A stretch of 62,594 bases of DNA, counting the filler, from Collodictyon triciliatum (lineage: Eukaryota), in NCBI GenBank assembly GCA_043381765.1. It is 2 parts of 2 records of this genome, joined end to end, with 100 filler letters (N's around TTAATTAATTAA, not from the genome) between each part and the next. Parts side by side here need not be neighbours in the genome. Positions count along the whole stretch, not along the records: positions 1 to 31,068 come from JBHJMP010000928.1; 1 more part is not named here. One strand, written 5' to 3'. Position numbers and translations under genes: made by a program. Positions 12,201-27,900 of this stretch are shown in pieces; the stretch's first letter is position 1, and each line of letters opens with the position of its first letter. The notes below the pieces were generated by a model, which was not told where the DNA came from, made no database searches, and saw only the letters and a list, made by a program, of their open reading frames with translations.

Positions 12201-15200
12201 CAAGAACACTCAATATTCTTTTAGGAAAATACAGTGTTAGTTTCCAAGCAACAAAGTGTGGAATGTATGATGCGTACATAACTATCAATAGCAGGTCAGC
12301 AGTCTCCTTGATATTGAATTTTTTATATCGATTTTTCAACTCTTGAATTCCTATTGACTTTGTGTGACCAATTGAAAAACTGCCAAATTATATCAATCAC
12401 CCGCTTAATGCACGTTGCTCTAATTTCATCGATGAGAGTAGCCACATATCCATCTCCCCTATTCGAGGCATAATGGTTTCTCCAGGACCAGCATGCGCTA
12501 AGGAGTCTATGGTAGCTGGGTTAGATTCAACTCACAACACAGCAGGATTTGAGTCATATTTTACAATTCAAACAAGAGATCTCCACGGGAATTTATGTCT
12601 AGAAGGGGGTGCTCAAATTGATGGTTCGTTTTATCTTGTCTTCTTCCTTCAGACGTACAAAGTGTAAATGAGTTTTGTTCAAAATACAGCATTGTCACAC
12701 ACTCTCAAGTGTTCTCCCAAACCTTTCTTGTTTTCAAAAAGGATACCACATTTGTGACACATCCAGAAGATAGAGCTGAATTTAATTTTGAAAAATATCA
12801 TGCAGCTAATATAGAAAACGTCAAAGGACTTGCAGTCCCTGTTAAAATCGTGGACAACATGGATGGTTCATACACTATTTTTTACACAGCATCAAAAGCT
12901 GGGACATATAGGTTGGTACTCGTAATATCCATGCAACCTTTGTTATTGGGAAGCTTTTTCGGATTGCAAAACCAATCGTCATGAGCATCGTTCTTCTATC
13001 CATTCCTAATCAATAATCGTATGACAGCGTTATGGTTTTCGTGGAAAGAATTCCGCTGAGTGATATGTACTCTATCACTATAACAGCTGGTCTGTGCACA
13101 TACTGGTTGTCAAAAAAAAAAAAGCTCTCAAATATTGTATTATGTTACTAAAAAATGGCTACGTGTAGTTAAAATTCACATACCTATTGGTCTGTGTTTC
13201 ATCTATAAAATGACTTTTGAAAAAACTCAGGTGTCACATCACCAGAAAACTCTATTGCTTTTGGAGATTCACTGTCACAGGCGGTCGTCGGTCAGCAATC
13301 GAGCTTTACTATTCAGACATACGACGCACACTCAAATGAAAGAAGAACAGGTATTTCTCTTCCGAATCGAACAGGGTCATTCATTCTTTTTTTTTTTTTG
13401 AATGAATTACTTTCAACTGAATCGCTTTTCTGTATAATCAAGGTAAAATTCCGGTTGGTGAGCCCTTTCTTTTCTCTTTTTCTCTTTCTCTCTTTTGATG
13501 GCTTCGTTGTCAAATTAATATCATAATTCATCAGGTGGAGATGAAATTCACATTCTTATCGAAAAGGATGCCTTTCACGATGATGCAACTGTGATTGACC
13601 AGGGAGACGGCACTTACGTGGTATCTAATTTTACAACACATTAGCCTTTTTCGTTTGCCAAAGAGATCAAGTCTAATAACTTAAATGTGACGAACATATA
13701 TAATAGATTTACTTCATGGCATTCCGCAGTGGCTGCCATAAGCTCTCAATTAAAATTAGTGGCAAACATATTAATGGCAAGAATAATGGACGAATCCTTT
13801 TATATGAAGCTATGAATATGGATTACGTTTTGGCATATGTGAGTTTACGGCTAAGTAATTTAATGACCTCCAATAGGGAGCCCATTCACTTGCCAAGTTT
13901 ATCCGAGTTCTTCATGTCCCCATCATAGTGAAATCATTGGAGAATACCATTCTACCTTGGGGGCTTCCCAACAAGGTTTCTTCCCCTCTCTTTTTCACTT
14001 CCACGTTTTCTGTCTGTTCGATTTTTTATGTGCGACAATATAAGAATTTTTGTGACTTCTTCACACTAGCCGAAGTGATGGTGGAAGCTAATTTTCCTCT
14101 ATTTAATCCCCATCAGGTGAATTAACCATCATCACAAGAGATTCGCATTCCAATATTCGAGAAGCTGGCGGAGATAGAATTACAGCTTTTATGGTCGGAA
14201 AGGTAGATCAAACAATTATTGAATATTTTCATAATAACGCATTGATATTCACTGGTTGATTACTTTTTTTTAAACCAAAACAAATAAAATTTGCATGATT
14301 TAATGCATATGACCTGAGCCGCCCCTAAAAAATTGATATTTCACCTTTTTTGTTTTTGTTTTTGTTTAGAAAACCTATGCTTGCAAGGTAGTCGACCAAA
14401 AGAATGGTTCATACAGAATATTTTATTCTGCTGTTGAAAGTGGCCACTATCTTTTGCAATTGGAACTGGACTCCGTTCAGATTGGAAGAAAGCCTATCAT
14501 CGTTCAGGTCTTGCCATGCATAACAGAGTAAGATTTCCTTTACTATTTTATGGTAGACTGTCAAACCTTTTAGAACTCACAGCCACTTTTTTTTTTATTT
14601 GTCTTCCGTGTCAGTCCCAGGATGTGTTTGGCAAGTGGAGATGGACTTTTACAAAGTCGTGCTGGTATTGAAAGTGTTATTTACGTCCAGGTCCCACAAC
14701 GCAATTATTATGTCATATTTATCAGCCCTTTTCTGATATTCCAGAATGCGGCTTTTTGTCAAATTCAATATATTTGAACGAGAAATGATTTATTTGAAAA
14801 ATCTTTTTTTTTTTAAGTTTATGCTACTCTATTTGCGTTTTGAGCTAGAATTTTTTTTTTGTTTTCATCACGGACTATCCTCAGGCCAGAGATCAATTCG
14901 GCAATCCACGAAAGCAAGGAGGCGATACATTCAAAGTTGATTTCAAGCTGAACTCAAAGCCGATTGACGGCACAGGTTTAAAGAAATGAAGTTGTTTGAA
15001 TATGGACATTTTTGATTGAATAATTTCATCGTCAATTACCTTTTTTTCTTTTTTCTTTTGAAATTAATTTATTGTTTCAATTATCCAGATTTTAGAATTT
15101 CAGTGGTCGATAAGGCAGATGGCACATATCTAATCAAATACAGACTGTTCTCTATTGGTCTGTTTTTTTTTTTTTTTGTTTACCTGAACAATCGTTATTC

Positions 15201-18200
15201 ATTTGTAAACGTCGTGTTAAATGGTGATTTGATACTACCAATCAAGGGTTGTACGAGGCGTCTGTCTTATGCGCAAATCCGTCTGCTCCTGACCAGCTTT
15301 TTGATATCCACCAAAGTCCCTTCTCTGCACTGCAAGTTCTCAGCGCTCCCACTTACCCGGAAAACTGCCAAGTAGGCTTTATTCATGCCTGCCCGTTTGT
15401 ACGCTCGCCATGCATCTGCACTAAACTGAATTGACTCTTCACTTGTCGACTAGATTCTAGATTTGGATTCAGAACCAATTGTAGTAGGGCAGCTGTCGTG
15501 CTTCACATTGCAGGCGAGGGTGAATCTTGATACCGGCAATACAATACCCCTGCCACACTAGAATGCATTGATATTATGTCCTTTATTACTTTCCAATCAA
15601 CTAACCTTAAATGGTATTTTTCGATGTTTGAAACGACATCGGTTCTTGCATGCAGGATGTATATCAAAATGACAGAGAAACCGGCGGTGACCAATTCGAT
15701 GGACGACTTGTTCACTCTAAAAGGCATTCCACCAAAAATAATTAAAAAAATTATATATTTTTAGAATTCAAAAGTTTGGACATTTGGGTGCAAAACCTCA
15801 TTATTAAGGATATGTTATTGCTAGTGGGGATGTCATTCAAATGAAAATCAAGGATAGCAATGACGGAAAGTACTTTTTCTACTACATGCCGACCATAAGT
15901 GGTTTGCATGCTCTTGAAGTAACGCTGGGTGAGTTTAATCCTGTTCTTTCTTTTGATTATTTAACATCATTCTGTATATTAAATTTGAAAAAGATTGCAA
16001 ACTCCGTATTCACTGATATTCCGTATTTCCATACCTCTTTCTTTTCTTGTCTTTATTTTGGTTTTTTTTTTACGTAACGAAAAATTATTTAGGTTCTCAA
16101 ACTATTGGGTCTGTTGGAAAACATTTGATGATCAAACAAGCTTTGACAAGCGCCCGCGATTGCAATGCATTTGGAGATGTAAGAGTTTGCGTTTTTTGGC
16201 GCGCCCTATTCAAACGTAGTGACCTCGCTTGTGCATTTCCACAGCACTAATTTCATTATATATCATTTTCTGCGTCTCTTATTCCACTTGATAAATGATA
16301 GGGTCTTAACGATAGTAAGGCCGGCCGCGAGGGTGCATTCACTATATCATCCAATGACCGATTTGGCAATGCACGTGGAGTTGGAGGAGGTGCTTAATAA
16401 ATGCATTCATTACTAAAGGATGGGAAAAATATGTGGTCGATTTTTTTGTTGCAAAAAAAAAAAAAGCATTGAGAGGTTATCCCAAAGAAATGAGAAAAAT
16501 AATCGTGAAATTGCATCGCCGAGAATAAGTTACATTTTTTAAAAACCTTTATGAAGATCATGTGAATATTTATCTTTTAAATAATTGCAGACAATTTCGA
16601 TGTTGTTTTAAATGGCCCGTCAACAGTACATGGCAACGTGATTGACAAGTAATAGTTATTATTCAACATAATTGGATTTTTTTTTTTTTTTGCCTTTCAC
16701 CTTTTCAACAGTGCAGTGTTTAATGTTTTTAAACTTTAAAAAATTCTGTTGTAAACTATTCGTTCATCCAGCAACGATGGAACCTACACAGCCTCCTATT
16801 GTTGTAAGAAAAGTGGAATGTATTCACTGTCAGTCACATTGAAGGGAGTCCACATAAATGGCAGTGTGTTTAACCTTCGAGTTTCACCAGGTAAGAAAAA
16901 AGAAGCGAGTGTTTTCTTTTAGAAAATCAGCAATAATAAATCCGAGCAATAAATGTATCCAATCGCCATATCCTTGGTTTTGTTTGTAGTCTTTATTTTC
17001 TCAGCTCATAATGAGATAAAAATTTAATAATTAAAAAACCCGTCATGAAGGCGAACCTTGCGCCGCAAATTGCTCAGTGTTTGGACCTGGTATTGGACGT
17101 GTAATGGCTGGACAGCTGGTTGTTTTTTATATCGAATCTTTTGACAGGTAAGCAAATAGCATGGAACCGACTATAATTCTCTGCTACTTAAGGTCTTTAT
17201 AAGGGCTATTATCGAGCTCAAAATACATCTGTTTCAGTATAAAAAAAAAAGTAATTTTTTTTAGTTTTATGAATCGAGTTCAAGACAAATCAGACTTTAC
17301 AATTTACTTGGTATGTTTTAAATTTTCTGTAAATGTGTTCGCCCAAATATATTTTTTATGCTTTATCTATGTATGTTATATACTCTTGAGTTTTTTGCAA
17401 TCCCTTAGGTCCAGAAAGTTTCCATTGATGCTTCCTCTGAAAATACAAGCCAAAGCTCTACAATCAAACATGCTGATGTAAGCAAACCGTTAAGTTCTCG
17501 TTGAAGAATTATTCAGTGGAATTTTTTCTTTTTCCTCTTTTATAAATGAGATAGATGGTGTTTGTAAACATATAACTAGTTGGAAGAAACACGCACTTTA
17601 CTGGACAACATACATTATTCTGGAGATGGGAAATATCTCATCTGCTTCACGGTACGTCTTTTTCTTCATAATTCTAAATAAAAAAAATTTTTTTTGGTTC
17701 GGTGCAGTTGCCTGATATTTATCCACCATGGTAGGCTTACAAGATGGGTCCCTACAACATCTACGTATATCACAAAGAAGAAGCTGTTCGCGGAAGCCCG
17801 TTTCATATCGAAGTTGACCCTAGTAGCCTTAATATACATTCGTCTCCCTTGGTTCCTGATTTTATGTGAAAAAAAATGAAAATCGCTTATCATAAAACTC
17901 GCTGCAATTTATTTACCTTTCTATCAATTAATATTATTTCGGAGGGTAATGTGAAAGTTTTTCTTTCTTCCCAGCATCTACTTTTGCCCGAAAATGCGTA
18001 ATCACATCCAGCACAAGAGAAAGGATCAACGTGGGAGAGCAAAGTATGCCATGCTTGATATTACCAATGTATCCCACAATGCACATAATGTCATTCATTT
18101 TAACTCTGGTCTCGCGTAATTCTATAAATAAATCAATTATAGACTCTTTGGTTATCCAGGCCAGAGATCAATATGGAAACAACCGCAAAATCGGGGGAGA

Positions 18201-18880
18201 TAAATTCGAAGTGAAACTTACTATGGTAAGGCGCCAGAGAACGCTATCTTTGGCAAAACATTATTTCATCAAACTTCTATGGTACCAGAAAGATTGCTTG
18301 ACCAAAGTATGTTCTCGTAGGATGCCAGCTCTGAAATATTTGTTCGTGCGGTGATGGTCGATAATGGAGACGGAACATATTATGCTTACTTTACACTGAC
18401 ACGCAGCGGGAGGTTCTGTTAACATATCACCTTATAAATTCAAGCAAATCAAAATTTTCTCATTTTCACGCTCAAGTTTTATTATGATATTTGTTGTAAG
18501 GAAAAACAAAATATCTATTAAAAAAACCTCTGTAGGTATTCCCTTGAAGTTAGTTTGGATGGCGAGCCAATTCAAGGTACTGCAGCTCGCCAATTGGAAG
18601 TTTGGAGTCAAACAACATCTCCAAGAGATTGCCTTGCTTATGGTAATGGATTACATGGTGCTGTGGCTGGAATCGAGTCGTCTTTCAATGTAAAACACAA
18701 TTATAATTTCAATCACATAATTGAGTATTTAATGCTCTTTGACTATATCGCCTAACTCATTGTCCATGCATTACATACCATTTTATTAAATCTAAATATA
18801 AGATTCAAGCTCGCGATCTATATGGGAATTACTGCTGCGAAGGAGGGGATAAATTTGATATAAAGCTAACGGGACCAGGT

Positions 18881-18923
<43 letters not shown>

Positions 18924-21900
18924 GTGTGTGTGTTTGTGTGTGTGAGTGTGTATTAAAAAAAAATATCGAACTAGACAACCTTGTTTCGCACCGTTGATTT
19001 CCTCATTTAATGTACACCCCAAATTTTATGCTACAGCTTCTGTCCGTGTAAATATGTTTGATCAAGGAGACGGCTCATATGTAGTCAATTACTGTGCCTT
19101 CAAGTGCGGAAACTATTTGCTCTCAGGTGGCGAGAACGGCATTTATTCAGTTTTCCGCCAGTTCACATTTCCATATGCCCTATGTATGTCTAACCTCTCT
19201 TCAATATCTGCTATTTTCGAACTGTAGTTATGCTCGAGGAGGAACATCTTGCTTTCAGTCCGTGTTCCTTCTCTGTAGTTGCCGGAGTAACGCATCCGGA
19301 TGCCTGTATCGTCCAAGGAGATGGTATTAAAGGTGGCAGGGCTGGTGAAACAAATGTTTTCACAATTTTTGCCAATGATGTATGCCAGAATCCAAGGGGA
19401 GTGGGAGGGTATATCTTTTTAGGAGGGTGTTGCACCCAGTCAATATGCTACCCTATACTATCTTTTTGGTTTTATTGTCCATGTTAATGTGAGGGTTGTG
19501 AAAAAGTAAAGGATGAGGTTTTAATATCGTTTCTGATTAGGGACAAGTTTTCTGTTCTCATAAAAAATGCAGAATTGATTTCCATCTCAACAGTCGAGAG
19601 CCAAACCACATTATTCGACAATGCCGATGGCTCATATACTGTTTCTTACAAACTGAACCAAGCTGGTTTGTCTAAGTTGATTCATTCGTGGTTTCATCTC
19701 ATGGCTTCGATGCAACTTAAGTTTATGCCTTCTCAAATGGACAGGTGCATATACTGTCTGGATTCTTCTAGATAACGCACACATCCAAGGTAGCCCGTTC
19801 ACGGACCTCCGCATAAAATCGTCATTCTCTTCCTCCGAGTTTTGTCGGGTTTCCCAAGTTCCAGATGGGTAATAATACATCGCTTGCTAGCAACAAGTGA
19901 CATAGCAATATTCAGCTTTATTTTTTGAATTAAGATTTTATTTGTCTGGATTCTTAGATGCGCCAGGGCCGGTGAAGCATCCACTCTTAGAATTGAGGCC
20001 TGCGATGCTTTCGGAAACAAGCAAGACCAAGGAGGAGATGAATTTGAGATAAAGTTTAACGGTATTCGTACTAGTGTTTGATACTCCCTTTCAAATACGG
20101 CATAAATACAATATCCCGATTCATATCTCACAGTTTAAACTTTTTTTTATTTTCCCTAAAGGCCCGTCCGAAGTGACTCATCTTCTCATTGACAACGGTG
20201 GTGGTGCCTATACTTGCATTTTCAATGCAACAAAGTCGGGCGTTTATGAAGCTCTTGTTTATCTTCATGGATATCGCATCCCGTCAAGGTGATATTTGTA
20301 AAAGTTTGAAATACAACGCACTATTCGAAGGCAATCTTAATAAGAAGGCGTGAGGATTGTTGATCGTAAATTGCTTGACCATGATATCATTCTGCTTAAA
20401 TACGTATACATGCACACTTAAGTTTATTTTAATTTATTTTTTTAATTATATCATAGTCCCTCAAGAATTAACATCGGCCCTGGCTCCATTTTTGCGTTTT
20501 CATGCTGCGCTGCTGGTGATGCGCTAACTAACTCTGTAGCTGGGACTACATCTCGCTTTATCGTTCAAGTAACATCGTCTTCCAATACAGATTGCTCATA
20601 TTTGCCCAATTGATGCAATTTGGTGAGAAACATTTCCAATTATTATTTTATTTATCTCCAGACCTTCGATCGCTATATGAATAAATGCACTCTGGGTGGA
20701 GAAGGTATAAAACAGAAGAAAGACTACTGAAGCACATCTTCCAATAAAACAGAAACGTATAACGTTCGGTTCGGTACATGAAAGAACGAGATAACTGAAT
20801 CACCACTATAATTGTAGTCCATAACTTTGAGGTTCTTCTACTGGGAAGCTCAGGGAGGCTTGTAGCGAATATCACTGACGAAAATAATGTAAGTTGTATG
20901 GGGAAAACTACGCTAACTTGATAGTGCAATTCTTGGCACAGAATATTTCCCAACATAATCTCATTTCTGTCCTTTCTACCAAAAATATTTTTGGTTTTTG
21001 TAGGGTTCATATCTAGTATCATACAAGCCTCGGAAGAGTGGAACATATAGTCTCAGCATCAAATACAAAGGAGGTCATATACAGGGCAGGTTTGCTATAC
21101 TGACGCATGCTTTAAGAAGATTCGATATTTTGTACTCTGCTCTCTTTTTTATATATAATATTACATACAATAAAGAAAAGTTTGAAGTTTACTTTTCAAC
21201 AAAATACTTAATACTATGAAATACACACTAAAAATGAATAGCCCTTTTCGCACAAAAATCAACATCGCGCCAACTTCTGCGGCAGAGTCCACCATAACAA
21301 ATGATTTTCTGGACAAGGTTACGAATTAGATTAAAAAAAGTCTCCTAGAATATCTATCAATTTAGTGTCTATGGCATGTGTTTAATTGATATATTGATAT
21401 ATTCGCACCAAAAGTCTCAACTTCAATCTATAGTGCCAAGCAGGAACTGAATCATCCTTTGTTATTCAAGCACGCGATGAGAACGGAAACGAGAGAAATG
21501 AAGGAGGAGACTTGTTTGATGTGATTTTATGCGAATTAGTTGATAATATCACAGGTTCGATTACCAGCAAAAAAAAAAAAAAAANNNNNNNNNNNNNNNN
21601 NNNNNNNNNNNNNNNNNNNNNNNNNNNNNNNNNNNNNNNNNNNNNNNNNNNNNNNNNNNNNNNNNNNNNNNNNNNNNNNNNNNNNNNNNNNNNNNNNNNN
21701 NNNNNNNNNNNNNNNNNNNNNNNNNNNNNNNNNNNNNNNNNNNNNNNNNNNNNNNNNNNNNNNNNNNNNNNNNNNNNNNNNNNNNNNNNNNNNNNNNNNN
21801 NNNNNNNNNNNNNNNNNNNNNNNNNNNNNNNNNNNNNNNNNNNNNNNNNNNNNNNNNNNNNNNNNNNNNNNNNNNNNNNNNNNNNNNNNNNNNNNNNNNN

Positions 21901-24900
21901 NNNNNNNNNNNNNNNNNNNNNNNNNNNNNNNNNNNNNNNNNNNNNNNNNNNNNNNNNNNNNNNNNCACATTTTATGTTGATAATATCAAGAGGACTTATG
22001 AAATAATAAAAAATAATCCTATATATTCCTATCTTATTGAAACCAATTAATATATGCACCATTTCGTCCCCGTATGTTTAAAAATAATTACTTATATAAA
22101 TTGAATTAGGAAGCCCGTTCAAATTGATTATTTCGCCTGGACCAACGTCACCTGGTCAATGTGTAGCCTATGGCCCAGGACTAGAAGATTGTTATACTGA
22201 TTATCCAACCTTCTTCAACATTCAAGCGATGGATGTGTTTGGAAACTCTCGTCAAACAGGCGGTGACTCTTTTATGATAAGGTGCAGAGAAGACGCATTT
22301 TCGTAGTTGAAAATATAAAATAATAATCTGGCCGTTGAATCATTCGGCCATCTTTATATATAAAAATAATCAGTCTTTATATACTCTCGATTGCAGCTTG
22401 ACAGAGATTCAAGAGAAGGTTGCTGTCAGAACTCAGATTCTAAATTGCATCGATTTTCATAATGGATTGTGCTATGTTACCTTCACGCCTCGAGAAGTAT
22501 ATTTTGTTATTTAATTAACCCACGAAATTGCATATATATACATATCAAAAAAAATCTTTTATCCCTCTCTGTGCTACATAAGCTTATGCTCTCTTATCTT
22601 GATCAATTTTTAAATTTAGGCTGGAATTTTTGAGTTATCTATCAAACTGAGAGGAGTTCACATAAAGAATAGTCCTTTTCATATTGAAATCATCTCACCT
22701 GACGAGGAGAGGAGTATGAGAAAATTAATGCTATTTTAATTTCGTGTGAGAGTTGATGTCTCTCTGGGACCGATGATTTAATATTATCATTATACGAATG
22801 TTCAATAGGTCCTTTATTCTCAGAATATATGAAGGAAGGGGTTGTTAAGGTCGAGGGGTTTATCGGAAACGAAGTCAAGGTACCATCATATATAACAACA
22901 AATAAGACAGATGTCTTGTTCCTTATCCTCATGTGAATTCTGTTGCAACTTCTCTGATTTTTTAACGAATTTTCGTTCTTACAAGGACATCCCTGTTTAT
23001 GTGTGGCTGGATGAGAACGAAATATCGTTGCAACCTCGAGGACAAATGTTTCCAAGGAAAAAGAAAATTAACTCCTCATTAAGGCTATCTCCTAGAATAA
23101 AGGTAATCCCACCCCTACATCACCTTCTTTTTATACATGATTGAATGATCATTTTACAAATATAGGTAAAATTATAAACCCCCTACCTCGAAAAAATTAA
23201 ACAAATTAAATCCATGACAGAAAAAAGTTATCCACGATGAAATGTCGACCGTAGATTTGTCTTACAATTACGAAGATATACTGACATCAAAGACTTCCCC
23301 TTATAATATCAGACAGAATTTCATACAGTTTAACATGAAAGAACCTAGGGAATTTCTATCCCTCTTGTCTTTCGTTATGAACAGAAAATTCATGGAATTC
23401 AGGTCTCATGAATCACATGATACCCTATATCAAAACAATTCATTTATTTTTTTCTTTAATCGATTCAAAGTGAAAAACAATACGTTTATAAAACGAACTA
23501 CTTTAGGGACCATAACTGCATGGTTGAAAACAATTTTCAGAAAATAATGTGTCTTTTATCTGATGTTTCATGCTCATAGCGAGAAAAACTCAATCATTTA
23601 CGGAGATGGTATATCAAAATGCATCGCTGGCGAGTCTGCAACTTTTCTCATTCAAGGTAGTACAATCTATCGTTATGATACCTCCTGTCGATAACTTGTC
23701 ACTTTATTCGAAAATCTCTTCAAAATCTCAGAGCCATATAATTTGTGACACTCTGCTGTATTAGAATGTGACTTCTTTGGAAACTATCGTTTCGGAGGAG
23801 GGCGGAACTTTAAAGTGCTTATTGCACCATTGTCTGAACAGATGATGGATAGTGTTCCCTTTTCTGGTGGTAATTCACTAGATAGCCGTGCAACAACACG
23901 CTCTATCCAAGGGTCTGCATCGCCTGGAACAAGTGCTGGGGCTCATACAAATGCTTCATCCACACCTCCGGCACACACTCTTGTATTTTCATATGGAGCG
24001 ACTCCAACGCAAGAAAAATCGTAATTACTTTAGCTTATCTACATGGTCTCAAACCATTTTTATTTGGAAATATTATGGAGAACCTTCATCCTTCATCCTT
24101 TTTTTTATTTTGTTCAAAGAAACTTACAAATAATGATTCGAAAGGATTTTTGAAGAATCATTTGGGTCACCATCTATTACAGACAATAATGACGGGACAT
24201 ATACCGTACTTTTCAATCATTTCTGAATTTTATGAGCGGGCATAATGCTATTTCAAAGAAACCCCTTTTCATACTGTTCCCCTTCTTTGGTGGGCCTATC
24301 TCTAGTTTATGTCTGTGCTCTTTTTTTAACCTAACATGTTAATTTTCCATAAGGTCACATACAAGCTTTTCGAAACTGGAAACTTCACTCTCAGTTTGCT
24401 TCACAGCAACCGACATCTGTCACTCTCTCCATATGTCGTTAGAGTGAGCCCTGGTACGTCTCTGGTTAATAAATATGTATTACGATGTGACTATTTCCAT
24501 GAAACGAAATTCATGAAATACATCCGGAGAAAAATCTTGAAATAACTGTTTCATCTTACAGGTCGAATATGTTTTGTCCGCTCCATCGTTTTGAGAGAAC
24601 CAGATACTCAAGATGTTGCTGGTCGAAAATCCACCTTTCTTATTCGCACCATGGACAGTTTCGATAACTCGTAAAAAATATATAATCGAATTTAACACCA
24701 CATTTTACATAATGCAATTTTGATGTTTCAAAGTACTAGATGAACATACCATTGATCCAATATAATAATAATAATAAAAAAAAAACGACACATAAAAGCA
24801 TTCTTTCTGGTGGAGAATGTTTCCATATTTCAATCATCAAACGCCCTGATGACTCAAAGAAAAGTTCAGAAACATGTTATGACGAATCTTTTTGCGACCG

Positions 24901-27900
24901 TATTTCTGAAATAATAACCGAGGTAAATTTTGAGTTTTAAAATGCTTGTATTCGTTCGATAAAATTATCAACCAGATCGGAAAAGGAATATTCGAGAGTC
25001 AATGAGTTGATTTTTCCGGCCAGGTTCAAGACAATCACGATGGAACCTACAGCTGCTTCTACATGATTAATGAAACAGGGGATTATGATATTCATGTACG
25101 TAGCACTGATGAAACGCAGCTGCAAGGAAGTCCTTTTCTTGTAAACGTAAAGCCCGGTACTATTTTAATGAATTAACTAATATTTAGCGGTACCTAGAGA
25201 AAAGGATATGTTTCGGCTGGTTAGCACCTTCATCCTAAGAAAAAAATAGATTTTATTTCAGGATGCTTTTTTTTACATAATGATTTTTGATTTAGGACCT
25301 CCATATGCAGATTTTTTTTCTGCTCAAGGGCGCGGATTGACGACAGGAACATGTGGAAATCCTTCGTATTTTTACGTAACTTTAAGAGACAGGTTCGGGA
25401 ATCTCATTCCTGGAGATGATTCAAGGTTGGAGATAACCGGGACACATGAGAAAGACTCCTCTAAAGTACTCAAACTATTTGACTTTCGTGACGAATTGAA
25501 CAACTCACTGATCTCATTCTGAATACAAGCACCATTATTTATTTTTTACTTTTCTTTCCCTATAAAACTGCTCCTAATTGCTCGATTTTCTTCCTTATCC
25601 TAAAAAAGGTCAGCAACTTGAATCTTAGAAGGACTATTGATGTATCGGGTAGAATCAGAGTATCCTACACCCCAATCAAATTCGGACGTCACAATATTTA
25701 CCGTACGCATCTTATTAATCATTCTGTGGTTAGTTCAAGTTATTTATTTGTCCTATTTTTAATGGCCGAAACAGCGTCAACTTACCTCTCATAGACATTT
25801 AAAAAACCATTCAGTTTCTTACGATGGTGCTCCTTTGAAATTTTCTCCAGCGACCTGTGTAGTTGAATCTGGTTTGATATGCGATAAAAATTCCCAATCA
25901 ATTTTTTCAAAGTCATTCCATATTAATTTATTTGTGTATAAACTAAATTTACGGATCAAGGCTCATTTTTGTCTATGTTTCAAATGAAGATGACCCATCA
26001 GAGGAGCATAGCAAATTCTTTACTGAAAAGTGCATGTATGCTGCTGGTGAAAATGTACCGGTACATGTACATATGAAAGACAAATATGGAAACCCATGCC
26101 AAAGTATTCAGTATGATTTCAAGGTTGCTTTAAGAGATAGAAATGGTAGGTGATTTATGTGGAATTGAATTTCTTGAAGGGTAAATTTTTCATTAAATTT
26201 TTCAAGCTGTTTTGGCAATCATGCTAATAATCAACACAAACTTTAACAAGAGGACATCAAATATTCGTCAAATAAACGTGACTATGGATTCGAAGTTGTA
26301 TTTGTCCTTGAAAAGGCGGGCTCATTTGAAGTTGGGATATATTTAAAGAGAACTTCATCACTGGATGAGGTATTTCGATTATTCCTCTGCTGGGATGCAA
26401 TCTAAATATAATATAGAAAAAATCAAGTAAATTCATTTCTTGCTTACTTGTTAATATGCAAATATTGGAAATGTTATCGCTTCAGACTTGGAAACTACTG
26501 AACGGAACATTCCTACACATCCAAATTCAACCTGACCATATATGTCCATCGAAAACATTCGCGCGTGGAGAAGGCCTGGTATGCTTAATTAATTGTTTTT
26601 TGACAGGCGGATTTATGGGTTAGGTTATTATTTATTGTATTTTGTAATTTCATTATGAATCATAAGAAAATAGTTAAAAAAATTAATAAGATAATTAAAT
26701 TTGCAAGATTCGTGCCGTTGCGGGTGCCGAGTCGAATTTTACTGTTGTAGCATCTGATAAGTACGGAAATCGATGCTGCAACGGGATTTCATTCATCAGT
26801 GTTAAGTTGGAAGGACGGGGTTCTCGAATACCAGTAAGACATTGGTTTTGTGCAAAACTACTGATGAAAAGAAAATAGCATTATTATATTCTGTGGCATT
26901 ACAAGAAATGCCCTGAAACTTCAACACCATCTTGTTTTGATTGGCGAATAGGTCACTTTGTTGGACAATGAAGATGGCTCATTCACAGCTAGCTTTCATG
27001 CGATACATGCCATGGAATATGAATTGAGCATTCTTTCCGAGGGAATACACATCCATGGGAGTCCATATCGACTAAATGTTGAGCCTGGTATTATAACTTT
27101 TAAAAAATTATTACGAAGCAACCTAATTCCTATATATGTTGTAAAATTACTCAAAAAAAAGGGCATTTTGCATAATTTTCTATGTTAACTGAACTCAAAA
27201 AAAAAAAGCATCAACAGCACCTATGAGATGCATCTGCCTTGTACCTGAAAGGTTTATAGCAGGGATAGTGGCTAAAGTTACCATAGCCGCAAAGGATAAG
27301 TTTGGGAATGCAAAACGAAGCGGAGGAGATATTTTTCGAGTGGATGTTTATTCAGATAGATCTAAGAGCATTCATCCATCACGGAGTCGTAATTTTAGCT
27401 CGAATGAAGAAACTTTTTCTATTCACCGTACCACAAGCAGCGATTCTTCGTCGTCCTACTCTTCTGAAAGTGCCGTTGCCCAAGAGAATTACATCCACCA
27501 AAGCTTCGGTCAGAGAATATATCGACTGCCCAGTTCTGATGTCAAGACAAACACTCTGTGGTCCTCCAATCGAGTTCACACTAGCACCTCTGAAATATTC
27601 TTGCATACAGATGCAAACGAAAAAGCCTCCAAACCGCAACGGCATTCTTTGAATCTCCAGAGTGGAGTTTTTTCCTCCTCTTTGAGTCATTCCCCCAATC
27701 TAGAATCCAACGCCCCAATGTTACCGACAGGTGATGATTCATTTGTTCACATGAGGCCCGATGTGGTTGATAATGGTGACGGAACCTACGATGTGGCCCT
27801 GGCTCTTGAAAAAAGTGGCATCTACCGAGTATCAATAGCTTCTTTCGAAGAGCATATTTTTGGGAGCCCATTGTACATCAGCTGTATTCCAGGTAACGAA

